Notes: generated by a model from the sequence alone, not told the origin. A stretch of DNA of 64,000 bases from Fibrobacterales bacterium (GCA_051532055.1 JAOPTX010000057.1:1-64000), one strand, 5' to 3'; shown: positions 50,036 through 61,174, numbered from the stretch's first letter. Program-made: numbers and translations.

Positions 50036-51001
50036 GTGTTTTTACGTGTAATACTATTTACCATACTTACTTACACTTTAAGTACGGGAGCACTGTTGAA
50101 AAGCTCACCGAAAGCGCTTTCGGTTCTCTTTACTAAAAAAGGAAACTCAGTATGGGAGTATCAATCTGAGCCTAAAATATTATTAAAAGGTTTTTATAAT
50201 GGTGATAGTGCAACTGCTCTTGAGTGGGCAAAACGCACTTTGTTTAGTGATGAAGAGCTCTGGGGATTATTCGACGCCTTATTGCCCGGTAGTGATATAA
50301 TTCTAGTAGAACCATCCTTAGATAGTCCTCCAATAACAAATACTTTTTCAAAAAGACATGCACTTAAAGAGTGGGCCCTGCGTACACATTTGGGGATTAG
50401 TGCGTGGATTATTCTTTCGAAACAGGGGTCGGGGTACTATGTAACAGTCCATAGAATTACCCCGTATCTTTCTTCTTTTAAACCTTTAAAATATACTTAC
50501 AATGGCGGCCTCAATCAATTCACTCAATTTAAGAATAGAGGGGATGATTTGTGTGTTCTTAAGAAAGAGGAAAGTTGCTCATTAGTGAGTACTGAGCTCT
50601 CAGCACTGCGAGCATCCATCTATTCAAAGGGGAATATATCCTTTACTTTTTCGGAACCTGCAGAAAATCCCTTGATTGGAATACAACAGTATAAAGCCCT
50701 ATCAAAACTAGAACAAAAAGAATTTAGAGCAATAGCCCGGACCTACTTACATTATGAGTATAATCTGTTGGTCAAAGCAGCAATTGGAAGTGCCACAACT
50801 CTTTTTAATTGGCAATTGTGGGAGTGGCTTGATCATTTTAATATTGGCGCGACCAGTGATGATGCACTTCATGCATGGCTTTCAATTGGGGAGAGTAGCA
50901 ATTCCATAGAGATGTTTAAGTTTGTTGGAACAGACTTTGTGGTGATCTTTTTTTGTAATTTAGATGGTGAACGCTCAATCAGTATCGAGAAAATGAAATG
51001 A
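50036..51001 (+). CDS. Hypothetical exported protein
   Basis: 321-aa ORF in operon context with N-terminal hydrophobic signal. Confidence 0.65.
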   Translation: MFLRVILFTILTYTLSTGALLKSSPKALSVLFTKKGNSVWEYQSEPKILLKGFYNGDSATALEWAKRTLFSDEELWGLFDALLPGSDIILVEPSLDSPPITNTFSKRHALKEWALRTHLGISAWIILSKQGSGYYVTVHRITPYLSSFKPLKYTYNGGLNQFTQFKNRGDDLCVLKKEESCSLVSTELSALRASIYSKGNISFTFSEPAENPLIGIQQYKALSKLEQKEFRAIARTYLHYEYNLLVKAAIGSATTLFNWQLWEWLDHFNIGATSDDALHAWLSIGESSNSIEMFKFVGTDFVVIFFCNLDGERSISIEKMK

Positions 51002-51450
51002 TTTTTTTTATACACCGTCGCAGAATACCCGCATATTTAGCTATGATAATTGCTATTGGTCTTTCGACCTTACCCCCTGATTTTGTTGAGATGATTATGC
51101 ACATGGTTTTTGGGCCCGCAAAAAGCCAATCAAGTGGATTAATTCCTATTGACAAAGTTATACATATGTCACTGTATACTCTCGTTGGTTTCTCATTTGC
51201 TGCTGCAATAAGTTCTTCAAAATGGGCGCGTAATAAGGTAAGATATGCATTGTATGCTGCAATACTTGCCTCTGTATTTGGGGTATGTGATGAAGGGTAC
51301 CAGCTCCTTTCGGATAGAGGAAGGCAGTTTGATCTTTTTGATATAGTGGCTGATATTCTTGGGTCGTTTATTGGGGTGGTATTATTCTATTGGAAAGGAA
51401 GTGGCCTGAAAAATAGAATCTCAGAATATCTCGCATCAGAATCCGGCTAA
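50998..51450 (+). CDS. VanZ family membrane protein
   Basis: DKVIH...Y, DEGYQ....R..DLFDIVAD.LG. Confidence 0.88.
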   Translation: MIFFIHRRRIPAYLAMIIAIGLSTLPPDFVEMIMHMVFGPAKSQSSGLIPIDKVIHMSLYTLVGFSFAAAISSSKWARNKVRYALYAAILASVFGVCDEGYQLLSDRGRQFDLFDIVADILGSFIGVVLFYWKGSGLKNRISEYLASESG

Positions 51451-51507
51451 TCACCTGAAGAAATTTAAATAATACTTTGGCATTACCCATGAGAGTGTAG
51501 TATACTG

Positions 51508-52692
51508 GTGCTAAGACTTTATTCAAAAAGTACTATGGCTCAGACAAAATCTCATATATTGGTCGTTGATGATGACTTAATTAATCGTGATGTACTTCGT
51601 GATACTCTTGAAGATTGTGATTACAAAATTACTACTGCAATAAATGGGACTGAGGCTATCAAGATTGTATCAGAAACAGATATTGATTTGATATTACTTG
51701 ATGTTATGATGCCTGGATTGAATGGTTTTGATACCTGTAAAGAAATAAAAAAGGTGTTATCGAATAAAAATATTCCTATCATCTTTTTAACAGCGCGTAC
51801 CTCTAATGACGATATTATTAATGGCTTTGAATGTGGTGCTGTTGACTACGTTGCCAAACCAATTAATAATTATGTTCTTCTTTCACGAGTAAAAGCACAT
51901 CTTGGCTTAAAAATCGACCATGACTCCCTTGAAAAAATAATTCAAGACCGAACAGCAGCCTTGCATGAAGCAGTATTAAAGGCTGAGGCCGCCGAAGAAG
52001 CTAAGAGAGCCTTTACAGCTAATATGTGCCACGAACTCAGGACTCCATTAAATGGTATATTAGGAACCCATGAGATTCTTCTCACGGAGGAACTTGATTC
52101 GGAAATAATGGAGATGCTTGAATTATCTCGTAAATCTACTGTTTCATTAACGGCTATAATAAATGACATTTTACATTTCACGGAAATTGAATCAGAAGGT
52201 GTCAAAATAAGAAGTCAAGTTTTTGATTGTACAGATATTATTGAAACAGTGAAAGGCATTTTTGAAATTGAGGCAAAAGAGAAAGGCCTTGAACTTCTTA
52301 TTGCTATAGATGAATCATTTCCAAGTAAAGTTCTTGGTGATGCTGCACGTATACGTCAACTGATTCTTAATATTCTCGGTAATGCTATTAAATTTACCAG
52401 TGAAGGCTCAGTGACCGCAATAATAAAGAGTACATTAATAAATAGTATGCAAATAGAATGCACCATTGAAGTTTCCGATACTGGTATTGGAATGTCAGAA
52501 AATGAACAAGAAATTTTATTTAAGGAATTTAAGCAAGGTGATGATTCTTATACCAAAAAGTATGCTGGTATTGGCATTGGTCTTACTAATGTAAAAAAGT
52601 TTCTTGATATGGTTGATGGAAGAATCTCTATCGTTAGTAGTAAAGACGAAGGAAGCACCGTTAGCGTCGCTTTTCCTCTTCTTACTGTTTGA
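51508..52692 (+). CDS. Hybrid response regulator/histidine kinase (REC-HisKA-HATPase)
   Basis: ILVVDDD, LILLDVMMP, HELRTPLNG, NILGNAIKFT, DTGIGM, GIGIGL; start likely ATG 51535. Confidence 0.94.
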   Translation: MLRLYSKSTMAQTKSHILVVDDDLINRDVLRDTLEDCDYKITTAINGTEAIKIVSETDIDLILLDVMMPGLNGFDTCKEIKKVLSNKNIPIIFLTARTSNDDIINGFECGAVDYVAKPINNYVLLSRVKAHLGLKIDHDSLEKIIQDRTAALHEAVLKAEAAEEAKRAFTANMCHELRTPLNGILGTHEILLTEELDSEIMEMLELSRKSTVSLTAIINDILHFTEIESEGVKIRSQVFDCTDIIETVKGIFEIEAKEKGLELLIAIDESFPSKVLGDAARIRQLILNILGNAIKFTSEGSVTAIIKSTLINSMQIECTIEVSDTGIGMSENEQEILFKEFKQGDDSYTKKYAGIGIGLTNVKKFLDMVDGRISIVSSKDEGSTVSVAFPLLTV

Positions 52693-52967
52693 CTCAAAGA
52701 ACTCAATATAGCATTTTGATGCCCAATTCTCGTTTAATATCTTAGACATTCCACATATAGTGTTGCCATAAAAATATAATACAGTATAGTGTATTTTGTT
52801 GTAGTAAACAGTAGTGCTACATCAAGTATTAATGTAAAACCTATAAGACATTGAAATGAAATACTTTAACCAATGTTAACAAATGGTTTACATTTGGTTT
52901 AAAAAGTGTTTAAATTAAATAAGATGAAAAAAAGTAAACGGATTACGTTTCTTGTAGGAAAAAAGTC

Positions 52968-53096
52968 ATGTTTAAAAATGTTATTATCAGTATAATTATT
53001 GCAGGTGCAGTTTCATATTTACTCTTTAGTACAGCTGAAGCTGATGCATCGGAGTCGAGACAAGTAATAATTAATAATATCGTCCAAAGTGATTGA
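52968..53096 (+). CDS. Possible 42-aa small exported peptide (not in ORF track)
   Basis: AGGA RBS-like; MFKNVIISIIIAGAVSYLLFSTAEADASESRQVIINNIVQSD*. Confidence 0.4.
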   Translation: MFKNVIISIIIAGAVSYLLFSTAEADASESRQVIINNIVQSD

Positions 53097-53112
53097 TGTT
53101 GAAGAATAGCTG

Positions 53113-53913
53113 TTATCGGTTGAGGGAAGACTGACTGACTCGTGATCTTCTATTACCAACAAATGCACTTTCCAATTTATGTTTCTTTAATACTGAATAG
53201 AGTTTACTCGAAAAAGCTGGTGAATCAATAACTGCATTAAAGGCTTTTACAAAACCAACACTTACCAGTTTCTTGTTAAATCCGACATAGTAGTATATTT
53301 CCTTATAGTCACTATTGTACACAACATTGTGAAGTTGTAATTCATGAACCAGATACTCTCCTACACTTTTATTTGAAAATACTGCATCAACACGTGCACG
53401 ATTAAGTTTTTTAAATCCAGAGACACTGTCATATCGTAAATCTATTTTCATGCTTGGCACATTGTCTTTTATTGAGAGTAGGGTTGAATGGGTGTTTGAT
53501 GGGCCATAGACGCCTATCGTCTTACCGTGAACATTTTGCATTGAATTGATTTTGAAATCATGATTCTTGTGAGTAAAAAAACCATATTCAGTTTTTAAAA
53601 GAGGTCGACTAAAGTGGAGCCATTTTTCTCGATCTTTATTTTTACCAATGACAAAAAGTGCGTCGGCTACTTCGGTATAGACCTCTTCTTGTGCTCGTGG
53701 CCACGGGAGGCTTTTAACTTTACAGGGGATAGAAAGTTCTTTACAGATCAAATAAATAATTTTTGTTACTGGACCAGCGATGGTGTTATTTTCTGAATAA
53801 TGAAACGGGGGAAATTCTTGAGTATTAAATACTAAGGTATCATTGACGGTACTTTGAGCATTTAATGGAATAATAAAAAAGATGAGGAGGTATTTGCTTA
53901 ATGTGTATAACAT
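53113..53913 (-). CDS. Periplasmic substrate-binding protein (family 3/PBPb-like)
   Basis: QEFPPF, LPWPRAQ, REKWLHFS.P, L...RVDA. Confidence 0.85.
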   Translation of the reverse strand: MLYTLSKYLLIFFIIPLNAQSTVNDTLVFNTQEFPPFHYSENNTIAGPVTKIIYLICKELSIPCKVKSLPWPRAQEEVYTEVADALFVIGKNKDREKWLHFSRPLLKTEYGFFTHKNHDFKINSMQNVHGKTIGVYGPSNTHSTLLSIKDNVPSMKIDLRYDSVSGFKKLNRARVDAVFSNKSVGEYLVHELQLHNVVYNSDYKEIYYYVGFNKKLVSVGFVKAFNAVIDSPAFSSKLYSVLKKHKLESAFVGNRRSRVSQSSLNR

Positions 53914-54111
53914 ACATAGCTTGAATTATAGGCTCTTTATACAACATACATTATGGAGAGAATTTTGTATATACAGAAATATTATTCCCTGAATTCAACG
54001 ATGAATGTATCTGAATCTTTGACAAAGATGGTGAACAAAGTGAACATATTTTGCTCCCTTGGTTAAAATCTAAAATAAATCTATACGTTTACTGAACGAT
54101 TATGGTGTTGC

Positions 54112-54657
54112 TTACATTGAAAGTCTATCAAACGAGGCACATGGTGTAGGAATTACTTTGTTGGGAAGTACAGATCTTTTAGCACGGTGAGTCACCTTTA
54201 TAGGGATGGTAAAACAAAAAGACTGATAAGAGCCTGTGTTCAGTGGAATACCAAGTTTAAACATTTTGATCCGTCCATTCGGTTGGAATTTTTCAATATA
54301 GTCATATTTGTTTTTAAGGAGGAGTGTTCTGGCGGAAGAAGAAAAGTCAATACTTGTTGTAAGAGATGAATCAAGAATTACTGGTGATGTTTTAGGGAGG
54401 CGTAATTCAACTTTTCCATCAGCTTCAACTAAATAGCTGTTCTTTGGTTTGAGTAAAAACCGTTGATTAGGGAGGTTCTTATAGCTTTGAAAACGCATTT
54501 TACGAACACCACAGATTTCTCTAAAAGAGGGTTCGAAATCAAGATCGATCTCTTTACACATTTCGATCTGTTGTTGAGTTAATTGCTGTTGTGGAGCGCT
54601 ACAGTTAATGGTTAAGAGCAGCAATAGGGTAATGAAAATGGGAGAGAGCGTATGCAT
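54112..54657 (-). CDS. Hypothetical lipoprotein
   Basis: Hydrophobic signal ending TINC. Confidence 0.65.
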   Translation of the reverse strand: MHTLSPIFITLLLLLTINCSAPQQQLTQQQIEMCKEIDLDFEPSFREICGVRKMRFQSYKNLPNQRFLLKPKNSYLVEADGKVELRLPKTSPVILDSSLTTSIDFSSSARTLLLKNKYDYIEKFQPNGRIKMFKLGIPLNTGSYQSFCFTIPIKVTHRAKRSVLPNKVIPTPCASFDRLSM

Positions 54658-54668
54658 AGATTTAATAT

Positions 54669-55619
54669 TTGTTACATTTGTTGATAAATATATATAAACG
54701 GGTAGAAACTATCTCTTTCATTTTAGGAACATGGTCTTTTTCAAAGGTAGATTGGGGGAGTCAGTTGGGTTTTTCTCGAAATACTCTCGAAGGTATTCTT
54801 GAAAAAGGACTTGAAAGTGGTATTTCGCAAATGGATACTGCGCCCATATATGGGCTGAATCAGGTTGAACAGGATATTGGATCATTGAAAGTATCTCAAC
54901 GGTATCAAGTAGGGTCTAAATTTGGTTTATCTTGGGGTTCGCCCTATTCCCATAAAAATATCAAGATAGAGTTTACTTCTGATTCAATTATTTCTGAATG
55001 CGAAGCAAGTTTACGCCGTCTTAATCGCGAGCAACTATCTCATTATTTTCTTCATTACGGCCCATTTGGTGGATTGTCAACTGAACATGTTGAGAGTATA
55101 GCCAATGCGATCTTACAGCTAAAAGAGAGTGGAAAAATTGCTGCCTTCGGGATTGCAAATTGTAGCCTTGAAGATGTTCATGCTATACAATCACTGTGTT
55201 CTGTTGATGCTATTCAATTCGAATGTAGTGCCTACAAAAAATGGGCACTGAGTAAATTTGAAACACTTCTTGCACAGAGTGATAGAGAACATTGGGTATA
55301 TTCGCCCCTTGCTCGTGGACTTCTCAGTGGTAAATATCACTCAAAAGATCAATTAGATGCAGAGGATCATAGGCTTAGGCTTAAATGGTTCAAAGATCAA
55401 GAGCTCAATTCGGTTCAGCAGAAGTTACAAACGATAGCGGGGCTCAAAATCAAATATAACTGCAGTTATAGTAGTCTTTTTATCAGTTGGCTACAGCAAA
55501 GGCTTCCTTCTGCTCAAGTGCTTTTGGGGGTACGTTCGATTGACCAGCTTCTGAGTAACTGTATTCTTGTTCCTTTAGATAAAGCTGATTATCATAGAAT
55601 TGATCAACTCTTTGATTAA
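54669..55619 (+). CDS. Aldo/keto reductase
   Basis: LGTW, DTAPIYG, SKFG, CEASLRRL, LH, GKI..FG, YSPLARGLLSGKY. Confidence 0.9.
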   Translation: MLHLLINIYKRVETISFILGTWSFSKVDWGSQLGFSRNTLEGILEKGLESGISQMDTAPIYGLNQVEQDIGSLKVSQRYQVGSKFGLSWGSPYSHKNIKIEFTSDSIISECEASLRRLNREQLSHYFLHYGPFGGLSTEHVESIANAILQLKESGKIAAFGIANCSLEDVHAIQSLCSVDAIQFECSAYKKWALSKFETLLAQSDREHWVYSPLARGLLSGKYHSKDQLDAEDHRLRLKWFKDQELNSVQQKLQTIAGLKIKYNCSYSSLFISWLQQRLPSAQVLLGVRSIDQLLSNCILVPLDKADYHRIDQLFD

Positions 55620-56251
55620 AAATTGAGATGTTGAAAAAACTCAGGTCTATGAAAATCAGGTTTTGAACATTCGATCGGAAAATAACTTACCCAATGAGGC
55701 TGAGTTAGTTTGTCACCACATTTATAAACATTGCCATTGACTGGGTACTCTTTTAAAGATCTATCAGGAGGGAGTCCAAAAAGCACTCCAGGTATTTCCA
55801 ATAAAAGTTGCCACTTATTGTCACGATTAATACTCGCTGGTAGTGTAGTAGGGTCAGATGAAATAATAGAACCACTTCGCTGTATTTTTTTTAAGAGTGT
55901 GGTTGGTTTGTAGAGTCGTTGATATCGGTTAGGCCCTGTTTGAGAAAGGAGTGTACCTGCAGCATTGGATTCAAAATTGTGATAGACCTCTGGTTGTGAA
56001 AGGTCTTGCAAAAAAAGTTCTACACAGGAATCTTCAAATACCGGTTCATTATCACATGAATAGGTTATACGCGTTTCTTTTTCTTGAACAGTAAATAGGA
56101 TTGAGAGCGCGCTATCACTGATAGCAATTTGAAATTGAACGACTACCGGAGCAATTCCCCCTTGAACATGGGAAAGTATCGATGGAGTCATTTGAGTTAT
56201 TGCTGAATAGTTTGGATCTAGAGTATCTAACGGAGTTTTATAGTATATCAT
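55616..56251 (-). CDS. Carbohydrate-binding family 9-like protein
   Basis: PVFEDSCVELF, Y.NFE.N..G, GNVYKCGD...PHW, PDFHRPEFF. Confidence 0.85.
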   Translation of the reverse strand: MIYYKTPLDTLDPNYSAITQMTPSILSHVQGGIAPVVVQFQIAISDSALSILFTVQEKETRITYSCDNEPVFEDSCVELFLQDLSQPEVYHNFESNAAGTLLSQTGPNRYQRLYKPTTLLKKIQRSGSIISSDPTTLPASINRDNKWQLLLEIPGVLFGLPPDRSLKEYPVNGNVYKCGDKLTQPHWVSYFPIECSKPDFHRPEFFQHLNF

Positions 56252-56405
56252 CGTATTTCAACTGTTACAAAAGGCTCAAGGAGAATGATAGATATTTATT
56301 GTTCCTTTTTAGGTTGAATACTTTGGGTGGTGGTTAAAAAAGAGTGTAAATACCTTGTCTTGTGGGTTGAGAGACCGTATAATAATACAAATTACAAAGG
56401 TCACC

Positions 56406-56789
56406 ATGGCTCAATATACCGTCAAAGCAGACACTACTAAAAACATCCTCTACCTGAGTATGGATGGTTTTTTTGAGCATTCTGGAATTCAAGAAATTTC
56501 GGATGCAATTGTAAGAGAGTTGTCTAAATTGGAACCTGGATATGGTTTTATAAATGACGTTTCTCAATTTAAACCTACTACAGAAGAGGGAGTTGAAGAG
56601 ATTAAGCAATTACAACTCCGAATGTATAATAATGGTCTTGGAAAAGTCGTTCGGGTGGTGGGTGAATCGCTTATGAGTAAACTACAGTTTGAACGAAAGT
56701 CAAAAGAAGTTGGATATAGTGCTGATCATGTACAATCAATCTCAGAAGCAGAAGAGATTATAAAAGCCCATATGCAGCAAGAACAATAA
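56406..56789 (+). CDS. Hypothetical protein (STAS/SEC14-like)
   Basis: MAQYTVKAD..KNILY...GF, LEPGY..INDVSQF.P, VVRVVG; AAGG RBS. Confidence 0.65.
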   Translation: MAQYTVKADTTKNILYLSMDGFFEHSGIQEISDAIVRELSKLEPGYGFINDVSQFKPTTEEGVEEIKQLQLRMYNNGLGKVVRVVGESLMSKLQFERKSKEVGYSADHVQSISEAEEIIKAHMQQEQ

Positions 56790-56828
56790 TTACTATCTAT
56801 AATACAATCCCTTTTTAATGAGTATCTC

Positions 56829-58022
56829 ATGAAAAAAATCGTCATCATTGGTGGTGGTATTAGTGGTTTAAGTTTTGCACATTACTGTGCTGAAGCGGGA
56901 ATGTATGTCACGCTTCTTGAAAAAACTCAAAGGGTCGGCGGGGCAATAGAGACGGTTGAACAGCGCGATTCAATTCTAGAAATGGGCGCCCATACCTGCT
57001 ATAACTCTTATGGAAATTTTATTCATCTTGGTGAACTCATTGGTTCGATGCAATCTGTTGTGCAGCGATCAAAGCATCCTTATAAAGTATGGAGTGGTGG
57101 AGTACTGAAATCCATTATGTCTCAGTTTAATTTTTTAGAGCTGATACTTTCGGTTAAAAATATGCTCATGGTAAAGCGTGATAATCGAACGGTGTCCGAG
57201 TATTTTTCAAAACTCCTCGGTAAAAAAAATTATGCGAATCTATTCCATTATTTTATGCAGGCGGTTGTTTGTCAGGACGCTGATGACTTTCCTGCTAAAA
57301 TGGTATTTCGTAAAAAGCCTCGAAATAAAAAATATCCCAAGAGTTATTTCTTTAAAGGGGGGCTTCAAAAAGTAATAGAGAAGCTATCACAGCAAGAGAG
57401 TGTTGCCATTGAATATGGGGTGGAGATTACATCGGTTAATTCGAACGATTCGAGCGTTCGAATTGTGACAGGGGCCCATGGTGAATATCAGGCAGATTTT
57501 GTTGTTGTGGCAACACCTGCAGAGGATGCGGGTCGGGTCCTGAATGATTGGAATGCTCAACTTGCTACAATGCTCATATCAATTAAGTCTGCGTTAGTTG
57601 AGTCTGTGGGAGTAACGATACTGAGAGATAAACTTGCTATTCCAATGGTTTCAGGAGTTGTGGGATTAGAGGCTCCTTTCTATTCAATGGTAAGTGGTGA
57701 TGCAATATCTGAACCCGACTCCAAGATGCGTTCATTTGTATTTCATTTCAAACCCAATAATCTCGGTGAGAATGAAAAGAAAAGAGAGATTGCACATGTG
57801 CTTGGTGTTGAGGAGTCAGAGCTTGGTTCTTTGATTGTAAAACAGAATAGGTTGCCTACGTTGGGATCCAATCACATGGACACAATGAATAAGGTGGCTG
57901 AGGTGATTCCAGATCGACTTTTTTTGATTGGTAATTACTTTCTTGGTTCATCACTTGAAGACTGTATGCAGCGTTCTCGTGATGAATTTAGACGATTGAT
58001 TGGTGAAATCCTCCCCAAGTAG
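56829..58022 (+). CDS. FAD-dependent oxidoreductase (protoporphyrinogen oxidase-like)
   Basis: IVIIGGGISGLS, LEK..RVGG, EMGAHT, KGGLQ, GNYF.G.S.EDC. Confidence 0.8.
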   Translation: MKKIVIIGGGISGLSFAHYCAEAGMYVTLLEKTQRVGGAIETVEQRDSILEMGAHTCYNSYGNFIHLGELIGSMQSVVQRSKHPYKVWSGGVLKSIMSQFNFLELILSVKNMLMVKRDNRTVSEYFSKLLGKKNYANLFHYFMQAVVCQDADDFPAKMVFRKKPRNKKYPKSYFFKGGLQKVIEKLSQQESVAIEYGVEITSVNSNDSSVRIVTGAHGEYQADFVVVATPAEDAGRVLNDWNAQLATMLISIKSALVESVGVTILRDKLAIPMVSGVVGLEAPFYSMVSGDAISEPDSKMRSFVFHFKPNNLGENEKKREIAHVLGVEESELGSLIVKQNRLPTLGSNHMDTMNKVAEVIPDRLFLIGNYFLGSSLEDCMQRSRDEFRRLIGEILPK

Positions 58023-58031
58023 GGGAGGGTA

Positions 58032-59339
58032 TTATTTCTGACCAGTGTAATCGAGTATCGCTTGTTTCATTGTCGAAAAGATGTGTTGAAGGCGCTCTTC
58101 ATTTTCTTCAAGAATAGTGACTCGGAAGCCAAGTAACTCAGAGCAAAATGATGAAATAGGAACAACAACAATACCTGTAGCTCCTAAGAGATAGTATACA
58201 AATCGTTTATCAAGTTCAATGCCTGGTTTACTAACCCACTGTTCAACGAGATTTTTGATGGCATCATTTTCTATAGGGAGAGTTTGAGTGGCCGTTAATA
58301 GTTCTTTTTCAAATACAATAGTGTTGTAAAAAGCACCTTTAGTTTCGTTTACTAATAACCCAGGAATACCACTGAGATGCGCATTAATTTGTTTAGATCG
58401 TTTACCGATCTCTTCATTCTTTTTCTGACGATAAGGGAGATATCGAGGATCCCCCATAATTTTTGGAATAGCCATTTGAGGAAGTGTCGTTGAGCACACT
58501 TCAATCATTTTAGCATCATCAAGTACTCGACACATTTTATTGAATTGTACATCTTGTTCGCGATTATAAAATTCAAGCCAACCGCAACGAGAGCCAGGCC
58601 ATGGAAACTCTTTAGATATTCCCCTCAGAGACATTCCCGGAACGTCTTCAATGATTTCAGCAAGACGAATTGCTTTTTCACCATTGTAGTAGATATTTGA
58701 ATAGACCTCATCTGAAAGAAGAAATAAGTTGTATTTCTGGGCGAGGCGTACAAATTTCTTTAGAATTTCACGTGGATATACCATTCCTGTGGGATTATCA
58801 GGATTAATAATCAAAATACCCACAATGTTTGGGTTGTACTTTACTTGATTCTCTAAGTTTTCAAAATCGGGATACCAACTGTTTTTAGGGTCGAGCTTGT
58901 AGGTCAGTGGGTGACTTTGGGATTTTGCTGCCTCGGCAGAAGAGTGGGTGCTGTATGCAGGAGAAGGTCCAATTACTCGAGATGAAGGGATGAGATACTG
59001 ATAAATTTTGGCAATGGCATCACCGAGACCGTTAAAAAAGAGAATATCCTCAGCAGTTATCTGTACGCCGTTGAGCGAGTTGGTGAGTGCTGCTAAAAAT
59101 TCACGGGTCTCAAGGATTCCTTTTGAGTGGCAGTATCCATAGCTTTGATCGTCTTGTACAAGGTTAGATACAATCTCTTTCATCCAGGCAGGGAGCGTTG
59201 CATGCTTTTGAATTGGGTCACCGATATTTTCCCAAAATATCTCTTGACCGCAATCTCTAACGAAATAAGCTTTTTTAACAATCTCTCTAATCTCGTAAGA
59301 GAGTTCTTTGGTGCCTTCCTGCAGTAGTTTCTGTCTCAT
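58032..59339 (-). CDS. PLP-dependent class I aminotransferase (AlaA-like)
   Basis: LSYEIR, NIGDP, INPDNPTG, SDEVY, GISKEFPWPGSRCGW; start likely ATG 59339. Confidence 0.9.
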   Translation of the reverse strand: MRQKLLQEGTKELSYEIREIVKKAYFVRDCGQEIFWENIGDPIQKHATLPAWMKEIVSNLVQDDQSYGYCHSKGILETREFLAALTNSLNGVQITAEDILFFNGLGDAIAKIYQYLIPSSRVIGPSPAYSTHSSAEAAKSQSHPLTYKLDPKNSWYPDFENLENQVKYNPNIVGILIINPDNPTGMVYPREILKKFVRLAQKYNLFLLSDEVYSNIYYNGEKAIRLAEIIEDVPGMSLRGISKEFPWPGSRCGWLEFYNREQDVQFNKMCRVLDDAKMIEVCSTTLPQMAIPKIMGDPRYLPYRQKKNEEIGKRSKQINAHLSGIPGLLVNETKGAFYNTIVFEKELLTATQTLPIENDAIKNLVEQWVSKPGIELDKRFVYYLLGATGIVVVPISSFCSELLGFRVTILEENEERLQHIFSTMKQAILDYTGQK

Positions 59340-59541
59340 AAGTTCCTCTGTTTCGCCTAAAATTAAAAAAAACGCATAATTAACGGGAGTAATTATCGCG
59401 AAGCCCTTTAAATAGTCGACTATGTGACAAAATAACACTAAGTGAGTGTAAATTAAAGTTTACAATATGGGAGGGGGGGATAAAGGATTTGCTATTGTAG
59501 ACAAATAATCTTAATTTAATCGGGTATGCTACACGAGGGGT

Positions 59542-61044
59542 GTGAATAGAATGAAATATTTATTGATAACGGCTATGGTTATTGTATTTGGGTGCTCAGA
59601 TGAAAAGGCCCTGTTTTCTGGTGAATTGACAAGTGATTGTAATGATATAGAAGGGCAGAAGTATGATGAATGTCTTGATGTTGTGGAAAATGACAGTGTA
59701 GACAATGATAAAAGTAATGCGCCTCATAGTAGTGTTTCTTCTTCAGACGAAAATGATAATCCCGATGAGCTAAGTTCTTCTTCTAATGAAAATAGTCAGG
59801 TGAGTAGTGATATAAATGACAATAAGTCAGATGTTATTCTCCCACCGGTAACTAATGATAAGTCTTCTTCGTCTACTACTAAAAACTCTTCAAGCGACAA
59901 ACAATCAGACAATCCACGATATATTGATCCCGATATTGACGTTACGCCGACGGGCACTCCAAACTGGCTTTCAAGAAAGGGAGCCTCTTTGTATGATTCA
60001 AAAGGGAATAAAGTTCGTTTAACGGGAGTGAATTGGTTTGGCTTTGAAACATCTGCTAAGGTAATGCATGGGTTATGGACGGCAGACTATAAGGATATGT
60101 TACAGTTGATGGTTGATTTGGGTTTTAATTCAATTAGGATTCCTTGGTCAAATGTTATTATTGGTGATGATAGCCCGGTTGAAGTAAATGCAAATAATAT
60201 TAATGCTGAATTAGTTGGCAAAAACCCTATTGAGGCATTAGTTATCATTGCCAATGAGGCACAGCGACTCGGGTTGAAAATTATATTAGATAACCATTCT
60301 CGAGTAAATGATGCATACATGACTGAAGATCTTTGGTACACAGAATCTTTTTCTGAAAAGCAGTGGATAGATGATTGGAAATACATTGCTGATGTGTTTA
60401 AAGATAATGATGCGGTAATAGCGATGGACCTCAATAATGAGCCCCATGATCGGGCAACGTGGGGGAGTGGAGATCCTGAGCTTGACTGGGCAATGGCTTC
60501 AGAGAAATGTGGTAACGCGATATTAGAGGTTAATCCCAATGTGTTAATAATGATAGAAGGGGTTGAAGGCTGGGATGGCATGGATACTCCAGAAGGTGAA
60601 GGATACTGGTGGGGTGGAAGTCTTGTTGGTGTCAAGGATCGCCCGATTGAGCTTACCAATTCTGAAAAACTTGTGTATTCACCTCATGAGTATGGGCCAA
60701 CTGTTTTTGAGCAAGAGTGGTTCAAGGCTGATGATTTCCCTGATAATATGGCTGGTATTTGGGATACTCAGTTTGGGTTTATTGCTAAGGAGGGTGAGGG
60801 TCACTTGTTTATAGGTGAGCTCGGTATCAAAGGAAAAGGTGGTAAGGATGAGGTGTGGTTTGATACCTTTCTAAAGTATATGGATGAGTCAAAAGAGGCT
60901 TACTCGTGGACGTTTTGGGCGTGGAACCCAAATTCGGGTGATACTGGTGGCATTCTTGAGTATGACTGGAAGACTGTTGTAGAGTGGAAGGTAGATTACC
61001 TCAAACCTTATTTGGCTCCCCTCATAGGTAATGGAAACGGTTAA
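59542..61044 (+). CDS. GH5 endoglucanase lipoprotein
   Basis: Lipobox VFGC, S/N/D linker, GVNWFGFET, IRIPWS, LDNH, DLNNEPH (acid/base), YSPHEYG, IGELG (nucleophile), FWAWNPNSGDTGG. Confidence 0.94.
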   Translation: MNRMKYLLITAMVIVFGCSDEKALFSGELTSDCNDIEGQKYDECLDVVENDSVDNDKSNAPHSSVSSSDENDNPDELSSSSNENSQVSSDINDNKSDVILPPVTNDKSSSSTTKNSSSDKQSDNPRYIDPDIDVTPTGTPNWLSRKGASLYDSKGNKVRLTGVNWFGFETSAKVMHGLWTADYKDMLQLMVDLGFNSIRIPWSNVIIGDDSPVEVNANNINAELVGKNPIEALVIIANEAQRLGLKIILDNHSRVNDAYMTEDLWYTESFSEKQWIDDWKYIADVFKDNDAVIAMDLNNEPHDRATWGSGDPELDWAMASEKCGNAILEVNPNVLIMIEGVEGWDGMDTPEGEGYWWGGSLVGVKDRPIELTNSEKLVYSPHEYGPTVFEQEWFKADDFPDNMAGIWDTQFGFIAKEGEGHLFIGELGIKGKGGKDEVWFDTFLKYMDESKEAYSWTFWAWNPNSGDTGGILEYDWKTVVEWKVDYLKPYLAPLIGNGNG

Positions 61045-61174
61045 TGCAAATAACCGAATGTGGTAATACTGATCCGATCGAGAATATAGTGTTTACGTAA
61101 AATTAACAGTAAGTGTGGGTGTATTCACTCACTAAAATAAGATTAAAATTGAGATTAGTTCATACTATTTTAAT

